Shown here in pieces: positions 24,791 through 33,761 of a DNA stretch of 34,362 nt (position 1 is its first letter; each line of letters starts with the position of its first letter). Made by a program: the position numbers and the translations under genes. The notes beneath the pieces were generated by a model. It searched no databases and had not been told where the DNA came from. It saw nothing but the letters and a program-made list of their open reading frames with translations. The stretch is taken from IMG/VR virus record IMGVR_UViG_3300037484_000197, positions 1 to 34,362 of that record; one strand, 5' to 3'. Origin of the DNA: a virus. Taxonomy: Duplodnaviria; Caudoviricetes.

Positions 24791-25144
24791 TTAAGCAGCA
24801 CTGCCCATCTCGCGATAAGTAGCTTCAATGATATTGAAAGCGTCATCTGCGTGTAGCAGATTTGCACAGTGAGTGTAGTCTTGCTTGTACTCGGTTACTG
24901 CTAGATCACCCATACTACCATGCTGCTGAGTGCCTTGTACCTTCACGACTTGAGCAGCACGACTGTACAGTTTCTTGCCTTCTTCATCTAACCTGGTGGT
25001 CTGCAGAAAACCAACCAATGCTGAACACTGATCTGAACCAGGCGTGATTGACAGGAGAGTTCCTGACACGATTCCCTTGGTGTTGTAGGTAATACCGATG
25101 ACGAGGTCGCCAACTTTTGCTTCTCTTCCGTTCTTGTAGTGCAT
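24791..25144 (-). CDS. Hypothetical protein
   Basis: AGGAG RBS; MHYKNGREAKVGDLV N-terminus. Confidence 0.75.
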   Translation of the reverse strand: MHYKNGREAKVGDLVIGITYNTKGIVSGTLLSITPGSDQCSALVGFLQTTRLDEEGKKLYSRAAQVVKVQGTQQHGSMGDLAVTEYKQDYTHCANLLHADDAFNIIEATYREMGSAA

Positions 25145-25170
25145 TATGTTCTCCTATATGATGTGTTCTT

Positions 25171-25395
25171 TTACAGCAGTTGCTTTCCCTTTTCGGTCAC
25201 CTCATAGTGAACGTCGGGTGAATGATACATTCGAAGTAATCCCATCTTCATCAATCGGGTCAGCGATCTTTGCTTCTCTGGCTGAGTGTGAAAATTGGGA
25301 TCTTCGTGAATCTTGTGCGCGCTTCTCAAGAGATCACGCTCCGAAACTGTTAAGTTCGGTTGAATGATGTTTTGTGTGATCTCTGATAGTTTCAT
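25171..25395 (-). CDS. Small protein with an MKLSEI tag; C-terminus resembles a winged helix
   Basis: LTRLMKMGLL...YEVTEKGKQLL. Confidence 0.55.
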   Translation of the reverse strand: MKLSEITQNIIQPNLTVSERDLLRSAHKIHEDPNFHTQPEKQRSLTRLMKMGLLRMYHSPDVHYEVTEKGKQLL

Positions 25396-25397
25396 GA

Positions 25398-26084
25398 TTA
25401 GCTCAAGCAATTCAATTTATACTTTGATTTATAGATCTCTCCCAACATCTCTTCGAACTTGTTGATGATGAACGAGTCACTTCCAGCAGAAACTCTACCG
25501 TCGACTTCCAACCAATCAACTAGTTCTTGAATGAAAGCGTTCGGGTCTGTCATACCCTTGAAACAATCATCAGCTTGGATGTCGATCGTCAGGATTCCGT
25601 GTTTACCTTGGTACATCTCAGCCAACTCGTCTGCAAACGCCAACAGAGCATCATACAGCTCGTTCAGGGCGAGGTGTTGTGCAAACGATCGAGCCGCCAA
25701 GTGCAGTTCATGAGCTTTGTCACGGGCGGCAAAAATACCAGCTATGAGATTTGAAATAGCAGGTTGAGGAGGTAGTTCCGGAACTGCGATCGAGTTTGCT
25801 TGAGGTACCGCAGTCATGCTAGTAGGATCCGCTCCGGTAGTCTGAGCTGGAACGGGAGGCTCAAACGTCAGGTCAACATACTCTTTGAAAGAGACAGCAT
25901 CTACACTCTCGGTAACGAGACCTAGACGCTTACGGGTGACAGCGTTAGCATAGGCCCAGTAACGGGGTCCCTTCTTACCGATCGCCTTCGTAGCAGCTTC
26001 TTTAGCTGAGTTCCAGATCGCTTCAACTTTAGCGAGAGATCTTCCTGATTGTTTTGCGTAACTCTTCAGTGCGTTTGCTGGCAT
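25398..26084 (-). CDS. Two-domain protein: basic ChaB-like N-terminus plus ferritin/Dps-like (DUF5856-like) C-terminus
   Basis: HELHL...SFAQHLALNELYD...DELAEMYQG...YKL; Pro/Ala linker. Confidence 0.65.
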   Translation of the reverse strand: MPANALKSYAKQSGRSLAKVEAIWNSAKEAATKAIGKKGPRYWAYANAVTRKRLGLVTESVDAVSFKEYVDLTFEPPVPAQTTGADPTSMTAVPQANSIAVPELPPQPAISNLIAGIFAARDKAHELHLAARSFAQHLALNELYDALLAFADELAEMYQGKHGILTIDIQADDCFKGMTDPNAFIQELVDWLEVDGRVSAGSDSFIINKFEEMLGEIYKSKYKLNCLS

Positions 26085-26086
26085 GT

Positions 26087-26524
26087 TTATTTTCCTCTAA
26101 GAGCGATAACGTGGTCTTTCGGTCTCGTGAGGAAGTTCGCTCTCTTCAGCACGGTCTTACAGGTTATGATGTACTTTCCCTTGCTCTTATCAAAATCTAG
26201 TGCAAATGGGATATTGATCTTCTTGAATGTGTCAATAATGACTCCGTTGAACTCACCACGCTTTATTTCATCGTTGTGGTTTCCAGCTTCTTGGAAGATA
26301 TCTTTGTAGTGCTTTTTCAGCTTCCTAAAGACAGCATAGAGTTCATCTGGAGTAACGTCATCTCTCTTGTAACCCTTTTCGTCAACTGCGCCATCAGAAA
26401 TTCTATCTCCGAAATGCTTTGAGAAGTTGATGATGATGTCGATCGTGATAAAGCTCTTCTTGATCTCGTTCTCAATGTTGATGATGTCTTGTTGTGACAT
26501 CTCAAGTAGGTCTCTGACTCTCAT
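26087..26524 (-). CDS. Hypothetical protein, possible RNase-toxin-like fold
   Basis: FSKHFGDR...IITCKTVL pattern; MRVRDLLE tag. Confidence 0.5.
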   Translation of the reverse strand: MRVRDLLEMSQQDIINIENEIKKSFITIDIIINFSKHFGDRISDGAVDEKGYKRDDVTPDELYAVFRKLKKHYKDIFQEAGNHNDEIKRGEFNGVIIDTFKKINIPFALDFDKSKGKYIITCKTVLKRANFLTRPKDHVIALRGK

Positions 26525-27612
26525 AGTTTTACTTCTTCCACTTTAACGATCTTAACTTTCTCGGGGTAGAGAGGAACGTACTCTGGAACATTCGAAGTAC
26601 CAGATCCGTCATAGTAAGCACCATCGTACCCTTCTACCTTTAATCTCTCTAAACTTTGCTTAGAGAGGGAACCAATTTGTTGCATCGTCTCGTATCGTTT
26701 GACTTTCTTGAAAGAGAAAGTCACCGTATAGAGATAAGCTACCTTCTTCTTATTTGTTTTAGCCTTACATCGTGCATACCCTCTAGCAGCGTCTTCTTGT
26801 GGTGTAAAGTAAGACACTCCTTCAAACTTCTCAATCTTGTGATCAGTTCCGTGGTAAGCAGTGATCTCTTTTGACTCCTTCAAGCTTAAAACATCATCCT
26901 GTGCTTTCACTGAGTATTTTCGAATTTTGTCTATGTAACCATTATTGCGCAGCGCCTTGAAGGTAAGATTTTCTACGCTGTGCTCACCCTCTGCTTGTAA
27001 TCCAGCAGCACGCATACGCGAGATCTTGTCAAGCAAGTCACGGATCTTCTTGATGTCATCTGACTTAGAGTCAATGAGCTCATCTATCTCTACAGTAAGT
27101 TCTTTCATCTTCGCCTTGATCGCAACAGAACTCACAGCGATCTTCTTCTTTTCAGGCTTCTTTGACCAAGCATCTTTTGTCAGAGAGTAAGTACCAGAAT
27201 CAGACACTAATTTCTCGATTGCAGTAGTCACGTAAACTTCTACAGGAATGTCATAGATCGTGATGTCATGACGGTCGTTCCACAGAGATTTTTTTGCCTG
27301 CAAACAGTCTTCTATCTTTACTCGGCAAGCTTCACACCTAGCAAGATCTTCAGGATCAACCAATAGGTGAAGGTCTAAGTCTGACTGTATCGTCCAGTTG
27401 AAGTTTGCGTTACTTCCGGTCACCACGTAGTCAGCGATCTTGACGCCGTTTAGCTCAAGTGTCTCGACGAACTTCTTCGCGATCTCCATCAGCTTCGTCT
27501 TAACTTTTGGTGCAAGTATGTATTGTTCTCCCTGAAGCTTCCAGAGCTTCGGGTTTAGCTTGTCATGGTAGGCAAGCTTCAAGTCCATCTCTAACAATGA
27601 AGAAAGCTTCAT
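26521..27612 (-). CDS. Pol-beta nucleotidyltransferase fused to an ADP-ribosyltransferase-like domain
   Basis: GSNANFNW...SDLDLH...VEVY; C-terminal AYHGT...YFT...A..YA...GYDG...EY. Confidence 0.75.
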   Translation of the reverse strand: MKLSSLLEMDLKLAYHDKLNPKLWKLQGEQYILAPKVKTKLMEIAKKFVETLELNGVKIADYVVTGSNANFNWTIQSDLDLHLLVDPEDLARCEACRVKIEDCLQAKKSLWNDRHDITIYDIPVEVYVTTAIEKLVSDSGTYSLTKDAWSKKPEKKKIAVSSVAIKAKMKELTVEIDELIDSKSDDIKKIRDLLDKISRMRAAGLQAEGEHSVENLTFKALRNNGYIDKIRKYSVKAQDDVLSLKESKEITAYHGTDHKIEKFEGVSYFTPQEDAARGYARCKAKTNKKKVAYLYTVTFSFKKVKRYETMQQIGSLSKQSLERLKVEGYDGAYYDGSGTSNVPEYVPLYPEKVKIVKVEEVKL

Positions 27613-28040
27613 TCTTTCTCCAGAGTAAACTTAACTTGACGACTTCCATCGTCCATTACCTTCAGCTTGTAACCTTTCAAATACTTCTTGATCATCTTTT
27701 CATATAAGCTAGCACGATCTGAACCGCTTGTCTTGTCAGCAGTGAATCTGATAGTCTGCGGATGTCGTTTCTTGATCATCTCTTCAAAACACTGGGCAAT
27801 GAAAGAAAATACGTCAAATTCTTTACCAGACTTTGTCAACTCATAAGTATGTCTACCTGAAGGTAGATCTTCGGAGAACTCAACATGCCAAAGATCCTGA
27901 CCGGGTTCTTTACTCATCCGGGCTCCAAGGAATCGAATTACACGATCACCTATCTTTGCTTGAGCTTCATACTCAAGCGTAGAATCATTCAATACTTCAA
28001 AGTCAGTAATCTTCTTGCTTAGGATCTCAAATAGTTTCAT
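27609..28040 (-). CDS. Hypothetical protein with an MKLFEIL tag
   Basis: ORF in operon; RASLYEKMIKK motif. Confidence 0.7.
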   Translation of the reverse strand: MKLFEILSKKITDFEVLNDSTLEYEAQAKIGDRVIRFLGARMSKEPGQDLWHVEFSEDLPSGRHTYELTKSGKEFDVFSFIAQCFEEMIKKRHPQTIRFTADKTSGSDRASLYEKMIKKYLKGYKLKVMDDGSRQVKFTLEKE

Positions 28041-28063
28041 TGCTTCTCCGGCGCGATTTCTTC

Positions 28064-28744
28064 TTATTTATGACTTGCTTTTGAGCGCCCTGTAATCGCG
28101 TATTCTTTCTTTAAATCTTCAAGAGAGCCCGCGATCTTTTCTGCATCTTCGAGGTCTGCCGAATTTGCAATTGGATCTGTGACCACTAATTCTCCATTTC
28201 TAAGCATCAAATTGCCTGAGTGAATGTCAATATAATTTCCACCCTTGATCGTTGCATCAATAAGCTTCTTTATCTCTTCACAAAACTTAAACGGATCACC
28301 AACTAGATGCTTCAATCTTTCTAGATTTACATCAGTCAAAGATGCAAGTAGATCTTCATTTTTTTCATCTTGCTTTAGATGGGTAAAAATGTGATGTATT
28401 AATCTTGAATCTTGCGGTCTTTCAAGATGATCAAGATGTTCCATTCTCACAAACCGGATCTTTTCTGGAAATTCCCTTGAGCGCATAAAGAAAGAAGAAA
28501 GTTCTTTAGGTTTCGATAGAAGTTTTGGAAAGTATTTACTTGGATGTTTGGAGATGTAATTTATGAAATCATCATACGCAGCGTCTTTTATCCAAAACTT
28601 AACAACACCGGACGCCCCCTTCATCACTACTCCGAAAGCTCCTCTTCCTGATTCTTTATATCCAGTTTTTGTCATAGACCCTAAAACGTCTTCTAAGTTA
28701 GAATCATAGAACTTCTTGACACCTACTAATTCATAGAGCTTCAT
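28064..28744 (-). CDS. Protein kinase-like (T7 gp0.7-type motifs)
   Basis: GRGAFGVV, VVKF, RMEHL, DIHSGNLM, VVTDP. Confidence 0.82.
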   Translation of the reverse strand: MKLYELVGVKKFYDSNLEDVLGSMTKTGYKESGRGAFGVVMKGASGVVKFWIKDAAYDDFINYISKHPSKYFPKLLSKPKELSSFFMRSREFPEKIRFVRMEHLDHLERPQDSRLIHHIFTHLKQDEKNEDLLASLTDVNLERLKHLVGDPFKFCEEIKKLIDATIKGGNYIDIHSGNLMLRNGELVVTDPIANSADLEDAEKIAGSLEDLKKEYAITGRSKASHK

Positions 28745-29139
28745 TGTAATAAGTTCTCCAATTTGTCGAAAAAGTTCTGTGTCTTTGAGTGAAGATTGTC
28801 AGGTAGATCGGTAAGTTTGAATTCCTTGACCTTACTGACCTCAGGTGTTGTAGAAGCTGCACCCGACTCAACTTTCAATGAGAAGTATGTTGCGTCACCG
28901 ATCTCAGCAATCTTCTTCAACTCACTTACATTGATCTTCAACTGCGCTTCTTCTTGAAGTTCTCTCACAGCTGCTTCCACGGCAGATTCACCCTCATCAA
29001 CATGTCCACCGAAGAAGTTCCACTGGTTTGAATTCTTCATAGAAGGAGATCGCTTTCCGAGAATCAACTTGTTAAGTGTAAAGAGGATCACCCAAGCTGT
29101 CTTGGAAGTCTTCTTCTCAAAAAGTTCTTCTAATTTCAT
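28741..29139 (-). CDS. Nudix hydrolase
   Basis: GGHVDEGESAVEAAVRELQEEAQL Nudix box. Confidence 0.92.
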   Translation of the reverse strand: MKLEELFEKKTSKTAWVILFTLNKLILGKRSPSMKNSNQWNFFGGHVDEGESAVEAAVRELQEEAQLKINVSELKKIAEIGDATYFSLKVESGAASTTPEVSKVKEFKLTDLPDNLHSKTQNFFDKLENLLQ

Positions 29140-29654
29140 TTCTCTGCCTCAATGATCTTACCTTGGTTGAAGATCTGGTCAAGGATCGAATTGCGATCAG
29201 CAACGATCACAGTCTGGTTGACTGTACCGGGTGTGCCTGCTTCTCGTTCTGCATGTCGAACTTTCTGGCGCTTGAACTTTGCATCAACGCGAGAGTTAAC
29301 GGCATTCAGCGCGATGGTGAGATATTGGGCTGCAACTTCGGCATTACGAGCAGCAAACTTTGGATCGGTCTCCTGAGCGATGCGTGAGCTCTTCTCGAAA
29401 GCTACGATCGCACTAGTATGAATGTTCTCTAACTGAGCATCAATGTGTAGATCTTCAAGACGCTCTTCCTTCTCAAGCTCAGGTAGTGAAGGAGTCGAGG
29501 AACGCTCAACTATGTCACCTGTAGTTGGATCTACTAACGTTGATGCACGTTCACTCTCAGAAGTCTCGAATCTATCATTGAAGACTGGAGTTGACTCCGG
29601 CTCAATGTTGAAAACAGCTTCTAGGGGACTTGGAGTTTTGTTTGGGTCACTCAT
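29136..29654 (-). CDS. Probable terminase small subunit (gp16-like)
   Basis: Helical core ARNAEVAAQYL; C-terminal TVNQTVIVADRNSIL; position between gp4 and terL. Confidence 0.55.
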   Translation of the reverse strand: MSDPNKTPSPLEAVFNIEPESTPVFNDRFETSESERASTLVDPTTGDIVERSSTPSLPELEKEERLEDLHIDAQLENIHTSAIVAFEKSSRIAQETDPKFAARNAEVAAQYLTIALNAVNSRVDAKFKRQKVRHAEREAGTPGTVNQTVIVADRNSILDQIFNQGKIIEAEK

Positions 29655-30649
29655 TCTGAACCTCTCTTAGTTCTTACCTTGCTTACATCAATGTAGCATT
29701 TAATCCATAATTCTGGTAAATTAGCTTTGATAAATTTTTTTACTGTTGAATTTGTGCATTTAAGTTCGATTGCAAGCAATTGATGCCATCCTTTTTGGGT
29801 AACGTCAATAGTACTATTGACGATCTTATCACGCCAAACTACAGTCTTAAGCTCATATTTAGTCGGTTGTCTTTCTCTAGGTAGTTTTTCTTTCTTTTTG
29901 TACTTCATACCAACTCGAGAGTTTAGATATTTTTTACGGTAATCAAGAGTTTTCCATCTATCTTTTGATTCGATAGATCTTCTTTCTTTAAGATCGGTAG
30001 ATTCATATGCACGTTTTATTCCGATAGCTCTGGCTAAACGATGATCTTCACATTTCCAAGAATCTTTTACACGATTAGATTGTTCTTCATTTAATTTTGT
30101 GCCTTTTGCCCAAATAGATTGCATTAGTAGAGAATATTGATCTTTTTCTTCTAAAGTCAAAGAAGCACGATATAATTTAGTAGTAGATGAAAGTTTATCT
30201 CTAGCTTCTTTACTTTCAAGTCTCTTTTTAACGGCTTTACTAATTGCTTGTCTAACTGAAGAAGATTTATCAGAATCCCAGAACTTTTTAAGACCCTCTT
30301 TGCGAGATAATCTAGCAATTGGAGTTTGAGATAGAGGCCATTGATACCCACCACCAAGAGCCAAGTTCATACACATTGGATCGTTGATTATCTCTTCAGT
30401 AATCAATTCATATTCTCTCTTCTTTAAACTGATACGATCAAAAAGATGCTCAAGAATTTCAATAGAATGGTTTTCTTTACCGTATTTCTTAATTGATCTT
30501 GAAATAATAGTGCCGCTTCCTATATAACCATCATTAAGATTATCGGTTGAGTGCATTCCAAGATAATATCGTTTAGTTATAAGACACGTTGTCTTGTAAA
30601 TGAAATGATATTTCTTTGGATTTGTGTACCAATTTTGTTTCTTTTCCAT
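29651..30649 (-). CDS. GIY-YIG (Seg-like) free-standing homing endonuclease
   Basis: FIYKTT...YYLGMHST...YIGSG...KKYGKENH...E...MNLALGG; AT-rich; basic helical repeats. Confidence 0.88.
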   Translation of the reverse strand: MEKKQNWYTNPKKYHFIYKTTCLITKRYYLGMHSTDNLNDGYIGSGTIISRSIKKYGKENHSIEILEHLFDRISLKKREYELITEEIINDPMCMNLALGGGYQWPLSQTPIARLSRKEGLKKFWDSDKSSSVRQAISKAVKKRLESKEARDKLSSTTKLYRASLTLEEKDQYSLLMQSIWAKGTKLNEEQSNRVKDSWKCEDHRLARAIGIKRAYESTDLKERRSIESKDRWKTLDYRKKYLNSRVGMKYKKKEKLPRERQPTKYELKTVVWRDKIVNSTIDVTQKGWHQLLAIELKCTNSTVKKFIKANLPELWIKCYIDVSKVRTKRGSE

Positions 30650-30666
30650 CTCTATTCTCCTAAAAG

Positions 30667-30674
30667 TATTTATA
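30667..30674 (-). promoter_or_regulatory. T4 late promoter TATAAATA
   Basis: Perfect consensus just upstream of an AGGAG RBS and the ATG at 30649. Confidence 0.75.
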
Positions 30675-30693
30675 GAGATACAAAAAAAAGTTA

Positions 30694-31131
30694 TTAGAGG
30701 AAAAGCTCCCTTTCTGTCAATACACGAAACTTTACACCGTGGCTCTCACAGTAAGCTTTTGCAGCAGTCCACTTGGCTTGGTTGATAACCATCTGGACAG
30801 TATCATACGTGCTTGGTTTCTTTCTCTTGCCTTTATTACTCACAACTCGATTCGGATCTTGACATGCAGGTTTGATCTCGATCACTTCGGTCAAGACGTT
30901 TCCGTTTCGATCTTTGTACTTGACAATGAAATCTGGGTAGTACGAGCATACCTTCTTCTTGATCGGATTCATGTATGGAATCTTGAACTCTTCAGATCCC
31001 CACAACAAAATGTTTGGGTTCTTGTCACAGAAGTCCATAAAGCGTAACTCCCATGAACTCAAGAACCTGATCTTAGTAGGGTCGCCAAGATACTTCTCAA
31101 CGTTGATCGGTGTATAAAGTCCCTTAGCCAT
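30694..31131 (-). CDS. Head completion nuclease, T4 gp4-like
   Basis: KYLGDP...SSWELRFM..CDKNP..WGSEE..YYPDF..IEIKP..NQAKW..FRVLTE. Confidence 0.93.
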   Translation of the reverse strand: MAKGLYTPINVEKYLGDPTKIRFLSSWELRFMDFCDKNPNILLWGSEEFKIPYMNPIKKKVCSYYPDFIVKYKDRNGNVLTEVIEIKPACQDPNRVVSNKGKRKKPSTYDTVQMVINQAKWTAAKAYCESHGVKFRVLTERELFL

Positions 31132-31134
31132 TTA

Positions 31135-32391
31135 TCAAGGCCCTGTCTGCCCGGTGTTAGTAGACGGTAAAGCCGTAGGAGTCACCGTCTGATTAGTCGT
31201 TGCGGTTCCACCTGCATTTGTCAAATTCATCCCCGTGGAGATCGAGTCAAGAGTTTCAGAGATGTTCTTTGAAACCGTATCACCTGCGCTGCTAACCGCC
31301 TGGCCAAGCGATGATCCTGAGATTGCAGTTCCAGCCTGACTAACCAAACCACCCAACGCAGTCGGGATGTTTTGAATTAGATCAGATCCCTTGCGAAGTG
31401 AATCATAGATTGACGGAGCAGGCTGTTTAACAGCTGGATTCTTATCGGAGTACATCGAAGCTCCGCTGTTATCTCCACCGTTCGTAAGACCAGAAGTACC
31501 ACCCGCCTTAAAGAGATCTGTTTGACCCCAAGAGTGAATCGTTGTCTTGTTTTGTGTTTCTACGTGGATTGCGTCATAGCTGAAGGTGATATTTGCCATC
31601 GAACCGGCGGTCTCTTCATGAGTCAAGTCGTCAAATTCAAATGACTCGATACGTGGGTTCATGAACACAAATCTATTTGACTCAGGTCCTTGTCCCTTTG
31701 TTGGATCTACAAAGATCTGCTCGAGAATGATCTTCTGTCCCTTGAAGTGAGAATATGCATCTTTATATGGGATCGTCGATGAAGCTTTGCCCCAACCAAT
31801 GTCTATACCGTAGTTACCTTTACCAGTCCCGGAAGTAGCTTCAAGGTAACCCTTGAAGAAATTAAAGACCGTGTTAGTTACTTCATCCAAGAATTGAATC
31901 GCGAGAGGTTCATACGTTACTGAGGTTAGAACTCGAGTTCTGAAGTTGTAATAGTTTACGTCAGTGTGGTTAAACTTAACACGAGGTTTGTCTACCCGAT
32001 GTACGAAGTACTCAAAACTATCACCACCCGGGAACCCATAAAAACCAACTTTGAATAAGAACTTAAATTTAGGATAGTGTGCATTGAGATCATCTGCATA
32101 ATGAACAGATTCCCATGCACCTTTAACACCAAATTTTGCCGAGGTGATCGGAGACAGGATCCCAGGAAGCTCAGCAAAGGGTGTAGGTATCTTTGCAAGC
32201 GATGGAATTCTGCTTCCTAAACCTGGAATTCCACCGATTGTCTGGGGAATGCTGCCACTCAACGACGAAATGTCAGAAGGTGACATATTTTGTGCCTGAA
32301 AAGCATCGATCGTAGTGTTGATGTTTGCAGCACTAGTCGTGTCTTGAAGATTTAGAGGAGCCAGTACTGGTTCAGATCCTGGGATTGCCAT
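31135..32391 (-). CDS. Tail-tube-fold protein (baseplate-tube junction/initiator, gp48/gp54-like)
   Basis: PKFKFLFKV, VDKPRVKF...NYYNFR...TYEPLAIQFLD, ITFSYD; G/S/T-rich termini. Confidence 0.7.
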   Translation of the reverse strand: MAIPGSEPVLAPLNLQDTTSAANINTTIDAFQAQNMSPSDISSLSGSIPQTIGGIPGLGSRIPSLAKIPTPFAELPGILSPITSAKFGVKGAWESVHYADDLNAHYPKFKFLFKVGFYGFPGGDSFEYFVHRVDKPRVKFNHTDVNYYNFRTRVLTSVTYEPLAIQFLDEVTNTVFNFFKGYLEATSGTGKGNYGIDIGWGKASSTIPYKDAYSHFKGQKIILEQIFVDPTKGQGPESNRFVFMNPRIESFEFDDLTHEETAGSMANITFSYDAIHVETQNKTTIHSWGQTDLFKAGGTSGLTNGGDNSGASMYSDKNPAVKQPAPSIYDSLRKGSDLIQNIPTALGGLVSQAGTAISGSSLGQAVSSAGDTVSKNISETLDSISTGMNLTNAGGTATTNQTVTPTALPSTNTGQTGP

Positions 32392-32394
32392 TCT

Positions 32395-32904
32395 TTACTC
32401 CTTCTTAGAAGACTTCTTGCTTGAAGCATTCTTAACATCTTCTTCTGTTTCTTCTTCCCCTTCAGATCCGCTCTTAAGTAGTCTCAGAAGATCTGATACT
32501 AATCTGACCGCCGGGCGCCCAAGAGTCTTACCGAGAACGATCTCTCGGAGGTAGGAGACATCACCCTTGATGACGTAGCCTGTCTTCTTCTTGGTGTCAA
32601 CTTCATGCTTGTGAAAGAGACGCTTGATCTCCTTGTCAAGATCTCCACCCTTTTCGATCTTCAGTGGTGTAAGAGAGTCAATCTCAAAGTCACCAGAGTC
32701 AGTGCTGTTGTCAAACGTTAAAGTGATTGGCTTTCCGTTTGGTCCCTTGATCGTACTCTTTTCATGGGCTACCCCGATGAACTTCTTTTCGTCATCGCGT
32801 TTTGGGTCAGTGACGATCCCGGCTTTCTTCTTGAAGAGCAACATCGCGATTGTGTCAACCGGTACCTGTTTCTCTTTGGTTTCAAATAATTCTTGGACTT
32901 TCAT
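32395..32904 (-). CDS. Hypothetical protein with an MKVQELFE tag
   Basis: AGGAG RBS; late-like motif upstream. Confidence 0.75.
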   Translation of the reverse strand: MKVQELFETKEKQVPVDTIAMLLFKKKAGIVTDPKRDDEKKFIGVAHEKSTIKGPNGKPITLTFDNSTDSGDFEIDSLTPLKIEKGGDLDKEIKRLFHKHEVDTKKKTGYVIKGDVSYLREIVLGKTLGRPAVRLVSDLLRLLKSGSEGEEETEEDVKNASSKKSSKKE

Positions 32905-32925
32905 CAAGTTCTCCTAGATCAGACT

Positions 32926-32933
32926 TATTTACA
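32926..32933 (-). promoter_or_regulatory. Late promoter variant TGTAAATA
   Basis: Immediately downstream of a terminator and about 20 nt upstream of an ATG. Confidence 0.55.
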
Positions 32934-32940
32934 ATTGGTG

Positions 32941-32974
32941 AGAAAACAACAAAGGCCACCTTATCGTGGCCTTT
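32941..32974 (-). terminator. Rho-independent terminator
   Basis: AAAGGCCAC-GATAAG-GTGGCCTTT followed by GTTGTTTTCT. Confidence 0.75.
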
Positions 32975-32998
32975 ATTAACATCACGTTCCTTCCTCTC

Positions 32999-33421
32999 TT
33001 AAACAATTCTTCCGTTTACGATCTTGCGACCCTTACCATTGGCGTCTTCTTTCCATGAAGAACTACCACCGAGCTTTACACCCAAATACATGAAGAAACG
33101 ACGCCAAGATACTACTCCTTCAACCTTCATCGCTTCAAAGAAGACTTTATTTGCAGTTTGTTCATCACAAATTTCATGGTGATGATACAACCAATCATGA
33201 ACTACCGAAGACTTATGAGCCGTATCTCCGAAAAAAGTATACAGGATTGGTAAGCGCGGTACACTCGCATAGTCAGTTAGAAATCCACTCTCGATCTTGA
33301 TTGTCTTTCCAAGGATGTCAGATCTATACTGAAACGGAGTAACGATCTTCCAGATCCCTCGACCATCACATGCATTGCTATCAACACACTCTGTAACTAA
33401 TTCTGTCAGAAAAGCACTCAT
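32999..33421 (-). CDS. DUF1353 family protein
   Basis: GFLTDYASVPR...VVHDWLY...ANKVFFEAM...MYLGVKLGG. Confidence 0.88.
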   Translation of the reverse strand: MSAFLTELVTECVDSNACDGRGIWKIVTPFQYRSDILGKTIKIESGFLTDYASVPRLPILYTFFGDTAHKSSVVHDWLYHHHEICDEQTANKVFFEAMKVEGVVSWRRFFMYLGVKLGGSSSWKEDANGKGRKIVNGRIV

Positions 33422-33430
33422 GCTTTCTCC

Positions 33431-33748
33431 TTAATATCCACAGGTTGGACAACCTGTTATATGAGGGTTATCTAACCAGAGGGTTTCTCCTCCGTGATCT
33501 CCACCCTGTACAGCCCAAATCTTTTTCCACTGCTTTCCGTTCAGCTTACCAACAGACTTGACTTTTACTCTACGCTTCTCCTTAGTAGGAGATCTTACTG
33601 GTACCGTGGGAGAAATTGAACTAGAAAATTCTTTGGCAATCGCATCAGTTCCAAGATACACAATGCTCTTATTACCAGTCTCAGGCTTGTACTCTCGCTT
33701 GACATTATGTCCGCTGTGTCCATGAGAGAAGAGTTCAGCAAGCTTCAT
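33431..33748 (-). CDS. Hypothetical protein with an MKLAELF tag
   Basis: Basic ORF ending CPTCGY. Confidence 0.65.
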   Translation of the reverse strand: MKLAELFSHGHSGHNVKREYKPETGNKSIVYLGTDAIAKEFSSSISPTVPVRSPTKEKRRVKVKSVGKLNGKQWKKIWAVQGGDHGGETLWLDNPHITGCPTCGY

Positions 33749-33761
33749 TCATCTAATCCAT

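Noticed and set aside
790-32917. All plus-strand ORFs in the six-frame track (e.g. 11402-12031, 10922-11329, 19672-20061)
   Set aside because: They are antisense shadows of well-supported minus-strand genes and carry no recognisable motifs
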